Source: Candidatus Aenigmatarchaeota archaeon (GTDB lineage Archaea; Aenigmatarchaeota; Aenigmatarchaeia; GW2011-AR5). Taken from it: a DNA stretch of 64,000 nucleotides. Both the position numbers and the translations under genes were made by a program. The stretch is from assembly GCA_016187335.1 (NCBI GenBank), contig JACPJW010000001.1:640001-704000 (forward strand), read 5' to 3'. Shown in pieces: positions 17,119-26,201 of the stretch. Below the pieces are notes generated by a model. It was not told the DNA's origin. It saw only the letters and a list, made by a program, of their open reading frames with translations, and made no database searches. Each line of letters opens with the position of its first letter. Position 1 is the stretch's first letter.

Positions 17119-18041
17119 CTCATTATCGTCGTCCCGGCGGCGCCTTTCAATGCTTTTTCGGCAAGCTCCGGTTTCGTTATGATAACCTTCTTGCCGCCTG
17201 ACGACAAAAAGTTTATGGCAGCAGAGATTTTAGGTCCCATGCTTCCGGCAGGGAAATGTCCTTCTTCCATATACTGCCGTGCTTTTTTTGCTGTTATTTT
17301 GTTCAGGAATCTTTGCCCGGGTTTTCCGTAATTAATGGCGACTTTCGGAACGTCCGTGAGGATCATCATAATGTCAGCTGATATCTGTTTTGCAAGCAGA
17401 GCGGACGCAAGGTCTTTATCAATGACGGCATCAATGCCCTTCAGTTCATTGCCGGGCCTGTAAACAGGGATGCCTCCGCCGCCGCATGCTATGGCAATCA
17501 CGCCGCTTTTTACAAGCTTGTTTATGGCAGAAGCTTCCACAATTTCTTTCGGCCGCGGCGATGCGACAACGCGCCGGTATCCGCCATGAACGTCCTTTGC
17601 AATAACAAAGCCCTTTCCGCGCAGCAGCATTGCCTGCAGCCGCGTGTAGTAAGGTCCTACAGGCTTTGTCGGGTTCCTGAAAGCCGGGTCGTTTTTGCTG
17701 ACAACGACCTGCGTCAGGACTGTTGAGACACTCTTTCTTATCCCTTTCCTGCGCAGCTCGTTTTCAAGGCACTGCTGTATCATGTACCCCATCTCGCCCT
17801 GCGACTGCGCGACGGCTGAGTGCAGGGGCAGTTCGTAAGCCTGCTTTTTGGCAGCTTCGCTTCGCAAGAGAATGGCGCCTACCTGCGGTCCGTTGCCGTG
17901 AGTTATAACAAGAGAAAACTTCTTTGCCAGAGGCGTGATGTGCCTCATCGCGCGCGCAGTATTTCTGAATTGCGTAGCTATATCAGGCTTGTCCTTCTTC
18001 CGCAGGATTGCATTGCCGCCCAGTGCGATGACTAAGAGCAT
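17115..18041 (-). CDS. arcC: Carbamate kinase
   Basis: IALGGNA, THGNGPQVG, GGGIPV, AVIDKD, GSMGPK. Confidence 0.95.
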   Translation of the reverse strand: MLLVIALGGNAILRKKDKPDIATQFRNTARAMRHITPLAKKFSLVITHGNGPQVGAILLRSEAAKKQAYELPLHSAVAQSQGEMGYMIQQCLENELRRKGIRKSVSTVLTQVVVSKNDPAFRNPTKPVGPYYTRLQAMLLRGKGFVIAKDVHGGYRRVVASPRPKEIVEASAINKLVKSGVIAIACGGGGIPVYRPGNELKGIDAVIDKDLASALLAKQISADIMMILTDVPKVAINYGKPGQRFLNKITAKKARQYMEEGHFPAGSMGPKISAAINFLSSGGKKVIITKPELAEKALKGAAGTTIMR

Positions 18042-18205
18042 AAGCTATATTTTTAAGGGCGGTATAAATAAGGTTTTAAGAGAAATTAAAAGAGTAAAAA
18101 GATGAACATCTATATTGAAGTGATCGTGATGCCCCGCCAATTTATAATTCTCCGAGCGAAACAAATTCTAGATTATTCTACGGCAGCGTCTGTTCCAGAG
18201 AAGAT

Positions 18206-18625
18206 TTGATAGAGGATCATATTAGTAGGCATAAATTAGATTTGACGGCTTCGCAGTATCTGGAAATAGCTGATCTTGCGGTTAGAAACGGACTTAACGG
18301 TCCAGTATCGGTTGTGCATTACAATGGCAGGAATTACAGGGTAGTCATAAATGGATTCATTGAACACGACGGCCATGAATACAGAATTGTGCGCAGCATA
18401 GTAAATGTTGGGGCTAAAGCTGATCCCTATCCGGGTTATGAGATAAACATAAGAGTAGTTCAGGGCCCTAGATTCGTAAAACCTGATTTTCCTGAATGGA
18501 GTAAGGAATCAATTAAACAACTCGTTCAGCAACTCGAAGCTGAATATAGCAAAAATAATAGGAAAAAAGCAACTTACGAATTTTGCTGGCCCGTCCATTA
18601 TTTTGTTAGAATCCGGAAAAAGTGA
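18206..18625 (+). CDS. Hypothetical protein, AT-rich, possibly frameshifted at the 5' end
   Basis: 139-aa ORF with TTG start; overlapping ATG frame 18102-18209. Confidence 0.45.
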   Translation: MIEDHISRHKLDLTASQYLEIADLAVRNGLNGPVSVVHYNGRNYRVVINGFIEHDGHEYRIVRSIVNVGAKADPYPGYEINIRVVQGPRFVKPDFPEWSKESIKQLVQQLEAEYSKNNRKKATYEFCWPVHYFVRIRKK

Positions 18626-18630
18626 AAAAG

Positions 18631-18867
18631 CTACGCCTTCACCTTCAGCGCCTTCTCCAGCGCAGGGCGATCAAAGCCAACAATAATCTTGCCGTCCACG
18701 TCGATTACGGGGACGCCCATCTGGCCGCTTTTCTCAATCATTTCTTCGGCGGCTTTCTCGTCCAGCTCGACGTTCACTTCCTCGTATTTCACGCTGTTCT
18801 TCTTGAAGAAGTCTTTAGCCATGTTACAGTAAGGGCAGTGGGTCGTCGTGTAGATTTTTACGTGCAT
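18631..18867 (-). CDS. Glutaredoxin/NrdH-like protein (copy 1)
   Basis: CPYC, GQMGVPVI, IVGFD. Confidence 0.92.
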   Translation of the reverse strand: MHVKIYTTTHCPYCNMAKDFFKKNSVKYEEVNVELDEKAAEEMIEKSGQMGVPVIDVDGKIIVGFDRPALEKALKVKA

Positions 18868-18974
18868 GAAAACACCTGATTCTCTTGTATAACAACTTTT
18901 ATTTAAAGTTTTTATTTAAGCCGTCTGCAAGCAGCAAAGCATATAAGAATTCTATGGCTATTCATAATGGTCTG

Positions 18975-19883
18975 ATGCTGAAAAACAAAGACATTATTTC
19001 TGTCCGCGACATGAGAAAAGAAGACATAGAGCTTGTTCTTGAAAAAGCAGAGGAAACGGAAAGAACCGGCAAAAGCGGCATTATGAAAGGAAAAATCCTC
19101 GCTTCCCTGTTTTTTGAGCCAAGCACGCGAACAAGGCTTTCTTTCTCTTCGGCGATGCATAGCCTTGGCGGAAACGTCATCGGCTTTGAAAGCACTGAAG
19201 GAACTTCAGTCGCCAAAGGTGAGAATCTTGCCGACACGATAAGAATGGCGAACGGCTACAGCGATCTGATTGTGATAAGGCACCCGAAAGAGGGCGCGGC
19301 GCGGTTTGCTGCTGAGCTTTCGGAAAAGCCTGTAATAAACGCGGGCGATGGCGCGAACCAGCATCCGACGCAGACGCTGCTTGATTTATACTCAATAAAG
19401 AAATTCGCCGGGGCCATAGAGGGAACTAATGTAACGCTTCTGGGCGATTTGAAGTATGGCAGGGTGATGAAATCTTTATTCTACGCGTTGTCAATGTTCG
19501 GCGCAAATATTCACCTGAGTTCGCCGAAAGGATTGGAAATGCCGCAAAGCATCGTTGAGGAAGCCAGGCAGAAGTTCGGCGCGGATATCATGCAGTCCAA
19601 TGAAATTCTGGAAGGAATAAAGGGCGCTGATGTTGTTTACGCGTGCAGGATACAGAAAGAGCGTTTTGCCGACCCTTACGAAGCCGAAAAGATGCAAAGG
19701 GAATTTCGTTTAACGCTGGAAATTCTTGAAAAGGGGAAGGATGATGTTATAATACTTCACGCCCTGCCCAAGGTGACAGAAATAGAGCCTTCTATTGACA
19801 ATACGAGGCATGCGAAATATTTTGAGCAGGCGGCGCTGGGCGTGCCCGTGAGGATGGCTCTGATAAGTTTACTGGTCGGATGA
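18975..19883 (+). CDS. pyrB: Aspartate carbamoyltransferase catalytic subunit
   Basis: FFEPSTRTRLSF, HPTQTLLD, DLKYGR, RIQKERF, HALP; start set to ATG 18975. Confidence 0.95.
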   Translation: MLKNKDIISVRDMRKEDIELVLEKAEETERTGKSGIMKGKILASLFFEPSTRTRLSFSSAMHSLGGNVIGFESTEGTSVAKGENLADTIRMANGYSDLIVIRHPKEGAARFAAELSEKPVINAGDGANQHPTQTLLDLYSIKKFAGAIEGTNVTLLGDLKYGRVMKSLFYALSMFGANIHLSSPKGLEMPQSIVEEARQKFGADIMQSNEILEGIKGADVVYACRIQKERFADPYEAEKMQREFRLTLEILEKGKDDVIILHALPKVTEIEPSIDNTRHAKYFEQAALGVPVRMALISLLVG

Positions 19884-19889
19884 TGCCTT

Positions 19890-20339
19890 ATGGAAAAAGA
19901 ATTTCTTGTCAGGAAAATAGAGAACGGCACGGTTATTGACCATATACCTGCTGGGAGCGGGCTGAAAGTCGCGTATATTCTGGACCTTAACGAAAATGAC
20001 AGCTGTTTTGTTGTGCTTGCAAATGTGCTGAGCAGCAAAATGGGCAAGAAGGATATTGTGAAAATAGAGAACAAAGAGCTGGATAAGAGAGAGGCGGACA
20101 GGATATCCCTGATGGCTGCCGGTGCCACTCTGAACACCATAAGGGAATCGGCTGTTGTGGAAAAAAGGGAATTATCCTTGCCCGAAATGCTTGAGGAAAT
20201 AATAAGCTGCCCGAACACGAACTGCATCACGAACTGCGAGCACGCCATGAGCAGGTTTTCTGTGGAAAGCAGGCAGCCGCTGAAGATCCGCTGCCATTAC
20301 TGCGAGCGCGTTTTCGGTTCTGGCGAAATTTCTGTGTAA
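19890..20339 (+). CDS. pyrI: Aspartate carbamoyltransferase regulatory subunit
   Basis: IENGTVIDHIPAG, KKDIVKIE, CPNTNC...CHYC zinc site. Confidence 0.95.
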   Translation: MEKEFLVRKIENGTVIDHIPAGSGLKVAYILDLNENDSCFVVLANVLSSKMGKKDIVKIENKELDKREADRISLMAAGATLNTIRESAVVEKRELSLPEMLEEIISCPNTNCITNCEHAMSRFSVESRQPLKIRCHYCERVFGSGEISV

Positions 20340-20375
20340 CTGACAATTAATAATTTGCAGTTGCATTATAATTTT

Positions 20376-21062
20376 ATGAAAAGCCCCAAAATATGGGTAG
20401 AATCTGTCCACAATAAATCAGCAATAGCGGAAAAAATAAGGAAAGCGGGATTCAGGATAGACAGGAAAAACCCTGATTTCGTTCTTACTTACGGCGGCGA
20501 CGGGGCCATCCTTGCAGCAGAATGGAAATATCCCGGCGTGCCCAAGATTCCTGTCAGGAAAAGCATGATATGCAGCAAGTGCGACTACTACGATGTCGCT
20601 GATCTGGGCACTGTGCTGAGGAAATTGAAAAAGGGCAGCTTTAGGATATCAGCAACCCCGAAAGTCGAGGCAATTTTCAGGAAAAAATCTGTCATAGGCC
20701 TTAACGAAGTGCAGGTGCGCAACAAGGACCCGCGCCGTGCGCTTCGTTTTCTTCTGAACGTGGACGGAAAATCCATGCAGTTCATAGCTGACGGCATTGT
20801 AGCGGCAACCCCTTACGGCTCTACCGCTTATTACAAGTCGCTTGGCTACGAGCCCTTTGGCAGCGGCATAAGAATAGGCCTGAACAATCCTGCAGGGCTT
20901 CGCCGGTATTTTGTTGTAAAGAAAACAGCGAAGATAAGGATATCGCGCGAGCGTGCGCTGCTTGCAGCTGATAACCAGAGCAGGATTCATGGGCTGAAAG
21001 AAGGCGACACTGTTCTTGTCAGGGAATCCAAACAAAGGGCACGATTTGTAAGGTTTTTGTGA
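20376..21062 (+). CDS. ppnK: NAD kinase
   Basis: GGDG, LNEV, ADGIVAATPYGSTAY. Confidence 0.88.
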   Translation: MKSPKIWVESVHNKSAIAEKIRKAGFRIDRKNPDFVLTYGGDGAILAAEWKYPGVPKIPVRKSMICSKCDYYDVADLGTVLRKLKKGSFRISATPKVEAIFRKKSVIGLNEVQVRNKDPRRALRFLLNVDGKSMQFIADGIVAATPYGSTAYYKSLGYEPFGSGIRIGLNNPAGLRRYFVVKKTAKIRISRERALLAADNQSRIHGLKEGDTVLVRESKQRARFVRFL

Positions 21063-21066
21063 TAAA

Positions 21067-22296
21067 TTAAGCTTGGGAAGACCCACCGTTTTGATTGAAC
21101 TTTTCTGAAAAGTTCAGTCTTTCCTTTTCCGCCTCATCCATAGAGGTTTCCTCTTCCGGCATATCTGATTTTTTCTGGCGTTTTTCCATGGCTTTTCTCA
21201 CGCGTTTCATTGCCAGTTCCATTGCAGCCTCGCGTGGCGCCATCCTGATCTTCTTCGCGTGCTTCAGGACTTTTTTTGTGTTCGCAGTTATCTTTTCCTT
21301 TACAAGGTCAAACATGTTCTGGGGATTCAGGCCTTTGTATTCCGCATAGCTTGATATCACGCCTCCGGCGTTAGCGACAAAATCAGGCACAACAAGGATG
21401 CCCTTTTCGTGAAGTTTTGCCTCGATTTCAGGCGTCATGGGTATGTTGGCTCCTTCCACAACGAGCTTTGCCTTTATCCCGTCAACGTTCTTTTCGTTTA
21501 TGACATCCGGAAGCGCCGCGGGTATCAGTATATCAACATCGAGCAGAAACAGTTCCTCGTTCTTCAAAACCTGGCCGGGCCTGTAATTTACCACGGATCC
21601 TGTCTGCTGCTTCACTTCGGAAAGCTCTTCGATGCCAAGGCCCTGGTCGTTGTATATGCAGCCTTTTGAATCCGATGTTGCTACAATCCTCGCGCCCATC
21701 TCGGAAAAGTGCTTTGCCGCGAACGAGCCGACGTTGCCAAATCCCTCTATTGCTATTTTCGCCCCCTTAAGGTCTATTTTTGCGAAGCCGGCTGCTACCG
21801 CTGTTGCGTGGGCAACACCGAATCCCGTGGAGCCGTATTCATGGGGTATGCCGCATTTCTCGCCGGGCTTCACGCACATGTTTGCCGGTTTTCCCGTGCA
21901 GGATTTCCACGAGCCGTTTGCTTCCGCGTACCAGCGCATTTCTTCCTCGGCAATGTTCACATCAGGCGCAGCTATGTATTGCCTGGGCGAAAGAGGTTTG
22001 AGCGCAATTGCAAAGGCTTCGACAACCGCTTTTTTCTGCTCTTTGCTCATATTTTTCGGGTCGGCGATAATGCCGGATTTCGCCCCGCCGAAAGGAAGCC
22101 CTGCTAACGAGCACTTCCACGTCATCGTTCGCGCAAGCCTGAAGACCTCATCCTTGTCCACAGTAGGCGTCATCCTTATGCCGCCTTTTCCGGGACCTAA
22201 AGCGGTGTTGTCTATAACAAGAACGCCGCGCATCTTAGTTTTGGGGTCGTAGACCTCCACGATCTTTTCCGGCCCGAATTCGTCGTGTAGAATCAT
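21067..22296 (-). CDS. gdhA: Glu/Leu/Phe/Val dehydrogenase (glutamate dehydrogenase) with a C-terminal extension
   Basis: GPGKGGIR, GGAKSGI, APDVN, EGFGNVG, EGAN, NAGGV. Confidence 0.9.
   Translation of the reverse strand: MILHDEFGPEKIVEVYDPKTKMRGVLVIDNTALGPGKGGIRMTPTVDKDEVFRLARTMTWKCSLAGLPFGGAKSGIIADPKNMSKEQKKAVVEAFAIALKPLSPRQYIAAPDVNIAEEEMRWYAEANGSWKSCTGKPANMCVKPGEKCGIPHEYGSTGFGVAHATAVAAGFAKIDLKGAKIAIEGFGNVGSFAAKHFSEMGARIVATSDSKGCIYNDQGLGIEELSEVKQQTGSVVNYRPGQVLKNEELFLLDVDILIPAALPDVINEKNVDGIKAKLVVEGANIPMTPEIEAKLHEKGILVVPDFVANAGGVISSYAEYKGLNPQNMFDLVKEKITANTKKVLKHAKKIRMAPREAAMELAMKRVRKAMEKRQKKSDMPEEETSMDEAEKERLNFSEKFNQNGGSSQA
21092..21116. repeat. Dispersed palindrome copy inside the gdhA 3' end
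   Basis: TGATTGAACTTTTCTGAAAAGTTCA identical to 13421-13445. Confidence 0.85.
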
Positions 22297-22379
22297 ATCA
22301 TCACGAGTAATTATTGCTCAGGCGATTAATAAGTTTGCCTGCGGATGCCTTGCAATAAAAAATTAAAAGAAATCGGTTA

Positions 22380-22463
22380 TCAGTGGTTTTCCTTGTTGTG
22401 CTTGTCCAGCTCCTTCCTGTCTTTGAAAGACATGCCGCACATCCTGCACTCAGCCATAGCCAT
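22380..22463 (-). CDS. 27-aa stand-alone C2H2 zinc-finger microprotein
   Basis: MAMAECRMCGMSFKDRKELDKHNKENH; TATA CTTATAAAG, SD AGGTGA, T-tract terminator. Confidence 0.75.
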   Translation of the reverse strand: MAMAECRMCGMSFKDRKELDKHNKENH

Positions 22464-22549
22464 GTTATCACCTAATTAGTTGAGGCGGGCAGAACTTTAT
22501 AAGATTCTTTACGCCGAACAAAAATCCGGTTTCTTGGATAAAATTCTGC

Positions 22550-22627
22550 TTACATCTTGCCGCAGCAGTCTTTGTACTTCTTGCCTGAGCCGCAGACGCA
22601 TCTGGCATTAGGGTCCATTTTCTTCAT
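22550..22627 (-). CDS. 25-aa stand-alone SEC-C motif microprotein
   Basis: MKKMDPNARCVCGSGKKYKDCCGKM; SD GGGGGTG. Confidence 0.8.
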   Translation of the reverse strand: MKKMDPNARCVCGSGKKYKDCCGKM

Positions 22628-22629
22628 GA

Positions 22630-22818
22630 TTACACCCCCTGTTTCTTGTTTAATCTTGATCTGAAGTAAGGCAAAATATACGCAAGAAAAATCAGAAAAA
22701 CTCCTGTTGTCTTGAATATTTCAGCTTGCTGGAAAGCAAGCACAAAACCCGCAACCAATAGGATAAACCCCTCCTTTGTGTGAGTCGGGCAAGCAATGCA
22801 GACGTTTTTTCTTGGCAT
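22630..22818 (-). CDS. Small two-TM membrane protein with N-terminal CxxCxxH
   Basis: MPRKNVCIACPTH plus hydrophobic segments; between trxB and the SEC-C ORF. Confidence 0.6.
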   Translation of the reverse strand: MPRKNVCIACPTHTKEGFILLVAGFVLAFQQAEIFKTTGVFLIFLAYILPYFRSRLNKKQGV

Positions 22819-22893
22819 CAGCTATAGATTTTTCTTTATAGAAAAAGCCGCATTCGCTGCATTGAAAAAGCTTGTTTTGCATTTGAAATCACT

Positions 22894-23883
22894 TCATTTT
22901 TTAATATTCTCAGTAACGAGTACCTCGTCGTTGCAAGGGCATACGAACTCGTTTTCGTTCACATACCTGTACGCGGAATAAACCCCGACTACTGATTCTC
23001 CCACGCCTGTGATTGCCTGCTTGAATTCCGTGTCGCCGACATCGCCGGCTGCAAAGACCCCTGGCAAGTTCGTCTGCGCTTTCCTGTCTATAATTATTTC
23101 GCCTTTCGAGTTTGTTTTTATGCCGATTGATTGTGCAAGCTGGTTGTTGGGCAACATACCTATCTCCACGAAGACGGCGTCCGTAACGAATTTTTTGCTG
23201 CCTTTGTATTCCTTGTCCAGCGTCAGATATTCAACTTTTCCTGCACCGTGAATTTCTTTCACATTAGTATTGTTGATTATTTCTATTTTACCTTCGGCGA
23301 TTTTCTGCTCCACACGCTTCATGTTCACGGGCTCCGCCCTTATCTTCTCGCCGCGGTAGATTATGTAAACTTTCTTTGCATATTGGGTTAGCAGAAGAGA
23401 TTCCTTCGCAGCGCTGTCACTCCCGCCCACAACGGCAACAATTTTATTCTTATAAATCGGCCCGTCGCACAAGGCGCAGGAATGCACGCCTTTGTTGGAA
23501 AGTTCTTTTTCGCCCGGCACCCCAAGCTCGCGGTGCTTCGCGCCCGTAGCAAACAATATAGTCTTTGTATGGAAACTTTGGTTTTCCGTAAAAACATTGT
23601 AACAAGTTTCGCTGCATTTCTTTACGCTTATGGCCTTTTCTTCCACAAGCTTTATTTCGTACTCCATTGCGTGCTCCTGGATTCTGTCCGCAAGTTCCTG
23701 TCCCGTAAGCCTCTTGAACCCTGGATAATTCTCTACAACATCGGTAAGTATGATTGTGCCGCCGTTCGTTTCCGACAGAACCAAGGTTTTCATGCCAAGC
23801 CTGCCTGCGTACATAGCTCCGGCGAATCCTACAACACCGCCGCCTATGATTATTATGTCGTACGTTATGTGTTCGTGTTCCAT
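22894..23883 (-). CDS. trxB: Thioredoxin-disulfide reductase (copy 1)
   Basis: GGGVVG, VENYPG, CALC, GGSDSA, FAAGD. Confidence 0.92.
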   Translation of the reverse strand: MEHEHITYDIIIIGGGVVGFAGAMYAGRLGMKTLVLSETNGGTIILTDVVENYPGFKRLTGQELADRIQEHAMEYEIKLVEEKAISVKKCSETCYNVFTENQSFHTKTILFATGAKHRELGVPGEKELSNKGVHSCALCDGPIYKNKIVAVVGGSDSAAKESLLLTQYAKKVYIIYRGEKIRAEPVNMKRVEQKIAEGKIEIINNTNVKEIHGAGKVEYLTLDKEYKGSKKFVTDAVFVEIGMLPNNQLAQSIGIKTNSKGEIIIDRKAQTNLPGVFAAGDVGDTEFKQAITGVGESVVGVYSAYRYVNENEFVCPCNDEVLVTENIKK

Positions 23884-23909
23884 GGAATCCCTTCTTCAAT
23901 TTTTTGGCT

Positions 23910-24155
23910 TTACGAAGCTTTTACCATGCTTTTAAGTGCCTTTTCCAGCGCAGGCCTGTCAAAGCCGACAATTATTTTCCCGTCAATATCAATGACAGGG
24001 ACGCCCATCTGTCCTGATTTCTTGGTCATTTCCTCGGCGGCTTTCTCGTCATTTTCCACGTTAATTTCTTCATACTTCACATTATTCTTCTTGAAGAAGT
24101 CTTTTGCCATCTTGCAGTAAGGGCAGTATGTAGTTGTGTAGATTTTTACTGTCAT
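23910..24155 (-). CDS. Glutaredoxin/NrdH-like protein (copy 2)
   Basis: CPYC; close paralog of 18631-18867; SD GGTGAT before ATG 24155. Confidence 0.92.
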   Translation of the reverse strand: MTVKIYTTTYCPYCKMAKDFFKKNNVKYEEINVENDEKAAEEMTKKSGQMGVPVIDIDGKIIVGFDRPALEKALKSMVKAS

Positions 24156-24348
24156 CTTTATCACCTAATTAAAATCATTTGAAGGGATTATAAAACCTAT
24201 ATTTTATTATTAAATCTTGAATTTAACTATATTTTGCAGGCTATTCTAGAATCAAAAAATCCGTTAGAAGGAAATAGAAAGACTTAACAATCAAGTACGA
24301 AGGAGTAAAATAAAAAAGAAAAAATTCCGCTTAACAATATAGGCATAC

Positions 24349-24405
24349 TTAACAGTATGCGCAATGCTGCGTTGATTTGGTTTCCTGCTTGGTTTTCTTT
24401 TTCAT
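24349..24405 (-). CDS. 18-aa microprotein MKKKTKQETKSTQHCAYC
   Basis: SD GGTGAT; same length and CxYC end as 2355-2411. Confidence 0.6.
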   Translation of the reverse strand: MKKKTKQETKSTQHCAYC

Positions 24406-24623
24406 TCTTATCACCGCATACATTTTGTATTATCACTCAAATGAAGACTATATTGATGTGTAAAAACTTGGTTTTAATTGGAAAATCTTTATCGCAGCGA
24501 ACCGATTCCAGTTTTCCGGAATTTTTCATTGAATAAATACAGGAATTAAATAGTTAAATCTAAAATTTAATTATTCAATAGAATTTTAAAGTAGTATTCT
24601 GGCCAATTCTACTTGGTGATTTT

Positions 24624-25112
24624 ATGAAAAGGATTCTTGTAACAGGTGCGGCTGGACAGATAGGCTCGGAGCTTATACCTGCTCTAAGGGAAAGGTACGG
24701 GAATGAAAGTGTTGTGGCCAGCGTATATGAAAAAGATTTGGGATCTCTCTTAAGGTCCTATGAAATTGATCCTGAAGAGTATCGTGCATTCAGGGATGTG
24801 CTAGAAACGTCACCCCTTGAAGATTTAGATCTTACTTTGGTTGATCGCAATGAGCATTTGGGTTATGCTGATCCTGGTTTCGGAGACGCACCGAATATAA
24901 GATTCAGAGCAAGATATCCAAGGGAACTGGGAGATATAACAACTGTGGTAGAATTACTTAACAAAAGAACAGGGCTAACTTTTGTAAATCCAACTATATG
25001 GCCTAATCGAGACGGAATAGGAACTGTAGATTATCGTTTTCGTGATGGAAGGAATACGGCCAGACTGATTTTAATTCCGTATTCTGCTGAAAATTCTGAT
25101 GAAACGAGGTGA
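24624..25112 (+). CDS. Chimeric ORF: SDR Rossmann N-terminus fused to unrelated sequence
   Basis: MKRILVTGAAGQIGSELIPALRERYG, then no SDR catalytic motifs. Confidence 0.55.
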   Translation: MKRILVTGAAGQIGSELIPALRERYGNESVVASVYEKDLGSLLRSYEIDPEEYRAFRDVLETSPLEDLDLTLVDRNEHLGYADPGFGDAPNIRFRARYPRELGDITTVVELLNKRTGLTFVNPTIWPNRDGIGTVDYRFRDGRNTARLILIPYSAENSDETR

Positions 25113-25117
25113 GAAAA

Positions 25118-26050
25118 ATGAGAAGAATTCTTGTAACCGGTGCAGCTGGTGCGATTGGTCGTAATTTATTACGGGGCCTTTATGCATTTCATAGGCCTCA
25201 AGATGTTGTTGCAGGTTATAACAAAACCCCATTAACTGGACTTCCAGAAGATGGTTTATCAGTCCAGGTTGATGTAACTGATAAAGAAAGACTGGGATTA
25301 GTTGTTGAGAAGTACGATGTAGGTGATGTGTACCATCTTTCTGCACTTTTATCAATTGCAGCTGAAAAGAATCCGGAACTCGCTAGACGCGTGAACATGG
25401 GCGGCCTAACAAATGTTCTTGATTTAGCTAAAGACTATGATTTGAGGGTATTTTGGCCCAGCTCTATTGCAGTCTTTGGCTCAACTGCGCCAAAATATAA
25501 CACTCCGCAGGATGCCCCGCTTGATCCGGAATTCGAATATGGCAGGAATAAGGTAGCAGGGGAGAGGCTTCTTCAACAATATTTTAATGAATTTGGAGTG
25601 GACGCAAGAAGCGTACGATACGGAGGGCTTCTGGGACCCGGAAAACCAGGACCCGGAACAACTGAGTATGCAATAGAAATGATTTATGCGGCGGTTAAGG
25701 GAGAACCATATGCATCTCCTTTAGGACCTGGTACTGCACTGCCAATGACGGATATGCGTGATGCAGTAAGGGCTGCAATAGAAATCATGGCAGCACCAAA
25801 GGAAAGAATAAAGATAAGGACAAGCTACAATCTTTCAGCAATGAGTTTTACACCAGAACAGTTAGCAGATGAAATTAGAAAATATATTCCTGGGTTTGAG
25901 TTGCGATTCAAAATAGACGAACTAAAACAAAGGGTTGCTAATTCATGGCCATATACTATTGGTGATTCTTTTGCACGCGAGCACTGGGGTTGGGTGCATA
26001 GCTATGGATTGCCAGAAACGGTCGGATACATGATTAATGAAATAAGATAA
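25118..26050 (+). CDS. Extended SDR, L-threonine 3-dehydrogenase-like
   Basis: ILVTGAAGAIG, YHLSALLS, FWPSSIAVFG, YGRNK, GTTEYA. Confidence 0.8.
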   Translation: MRRILVTGAAGAIGRNLLRGLYAFHRPQDVVAGYNKTPLTGLPEDGLSVQVDVTDKERLGLVVEKYDVGDVYHLSALLSIAAEKNPELARRVNMGGLTNVLDLAKDYDLRVFWPSSIAVFGSTAPKYNTPQDAPLDPEFEYGRNKVAGERLLQQYFNEFGVDARSVRYGGLLGPGKPGPGTTEYAIEMIYAAVKGEPYASPLGPGTALPMTDMRDAVRAAIEIMAAPKERIKIRTSYNLSAMSFTPEQLADEIRKYIPGFELRFKIDELKQRVANSWPYTIGDSFAREHWGWVHSYGLPETVGYMINEIR

Positions 26051-26201
26051 GAGACTGCTATTTGAACTTTCAAAAATATAGCAAGAAAAGATTGGGGATG
26101 GAAACCGGATTGGAATAGAGAGAAAATGTCGGACGATATATGCTGGAAAATCTAGGCAGAAAGCCCGCGAAAATTGAGATGGGAACAAAGAGGTGATGGC
26201 A

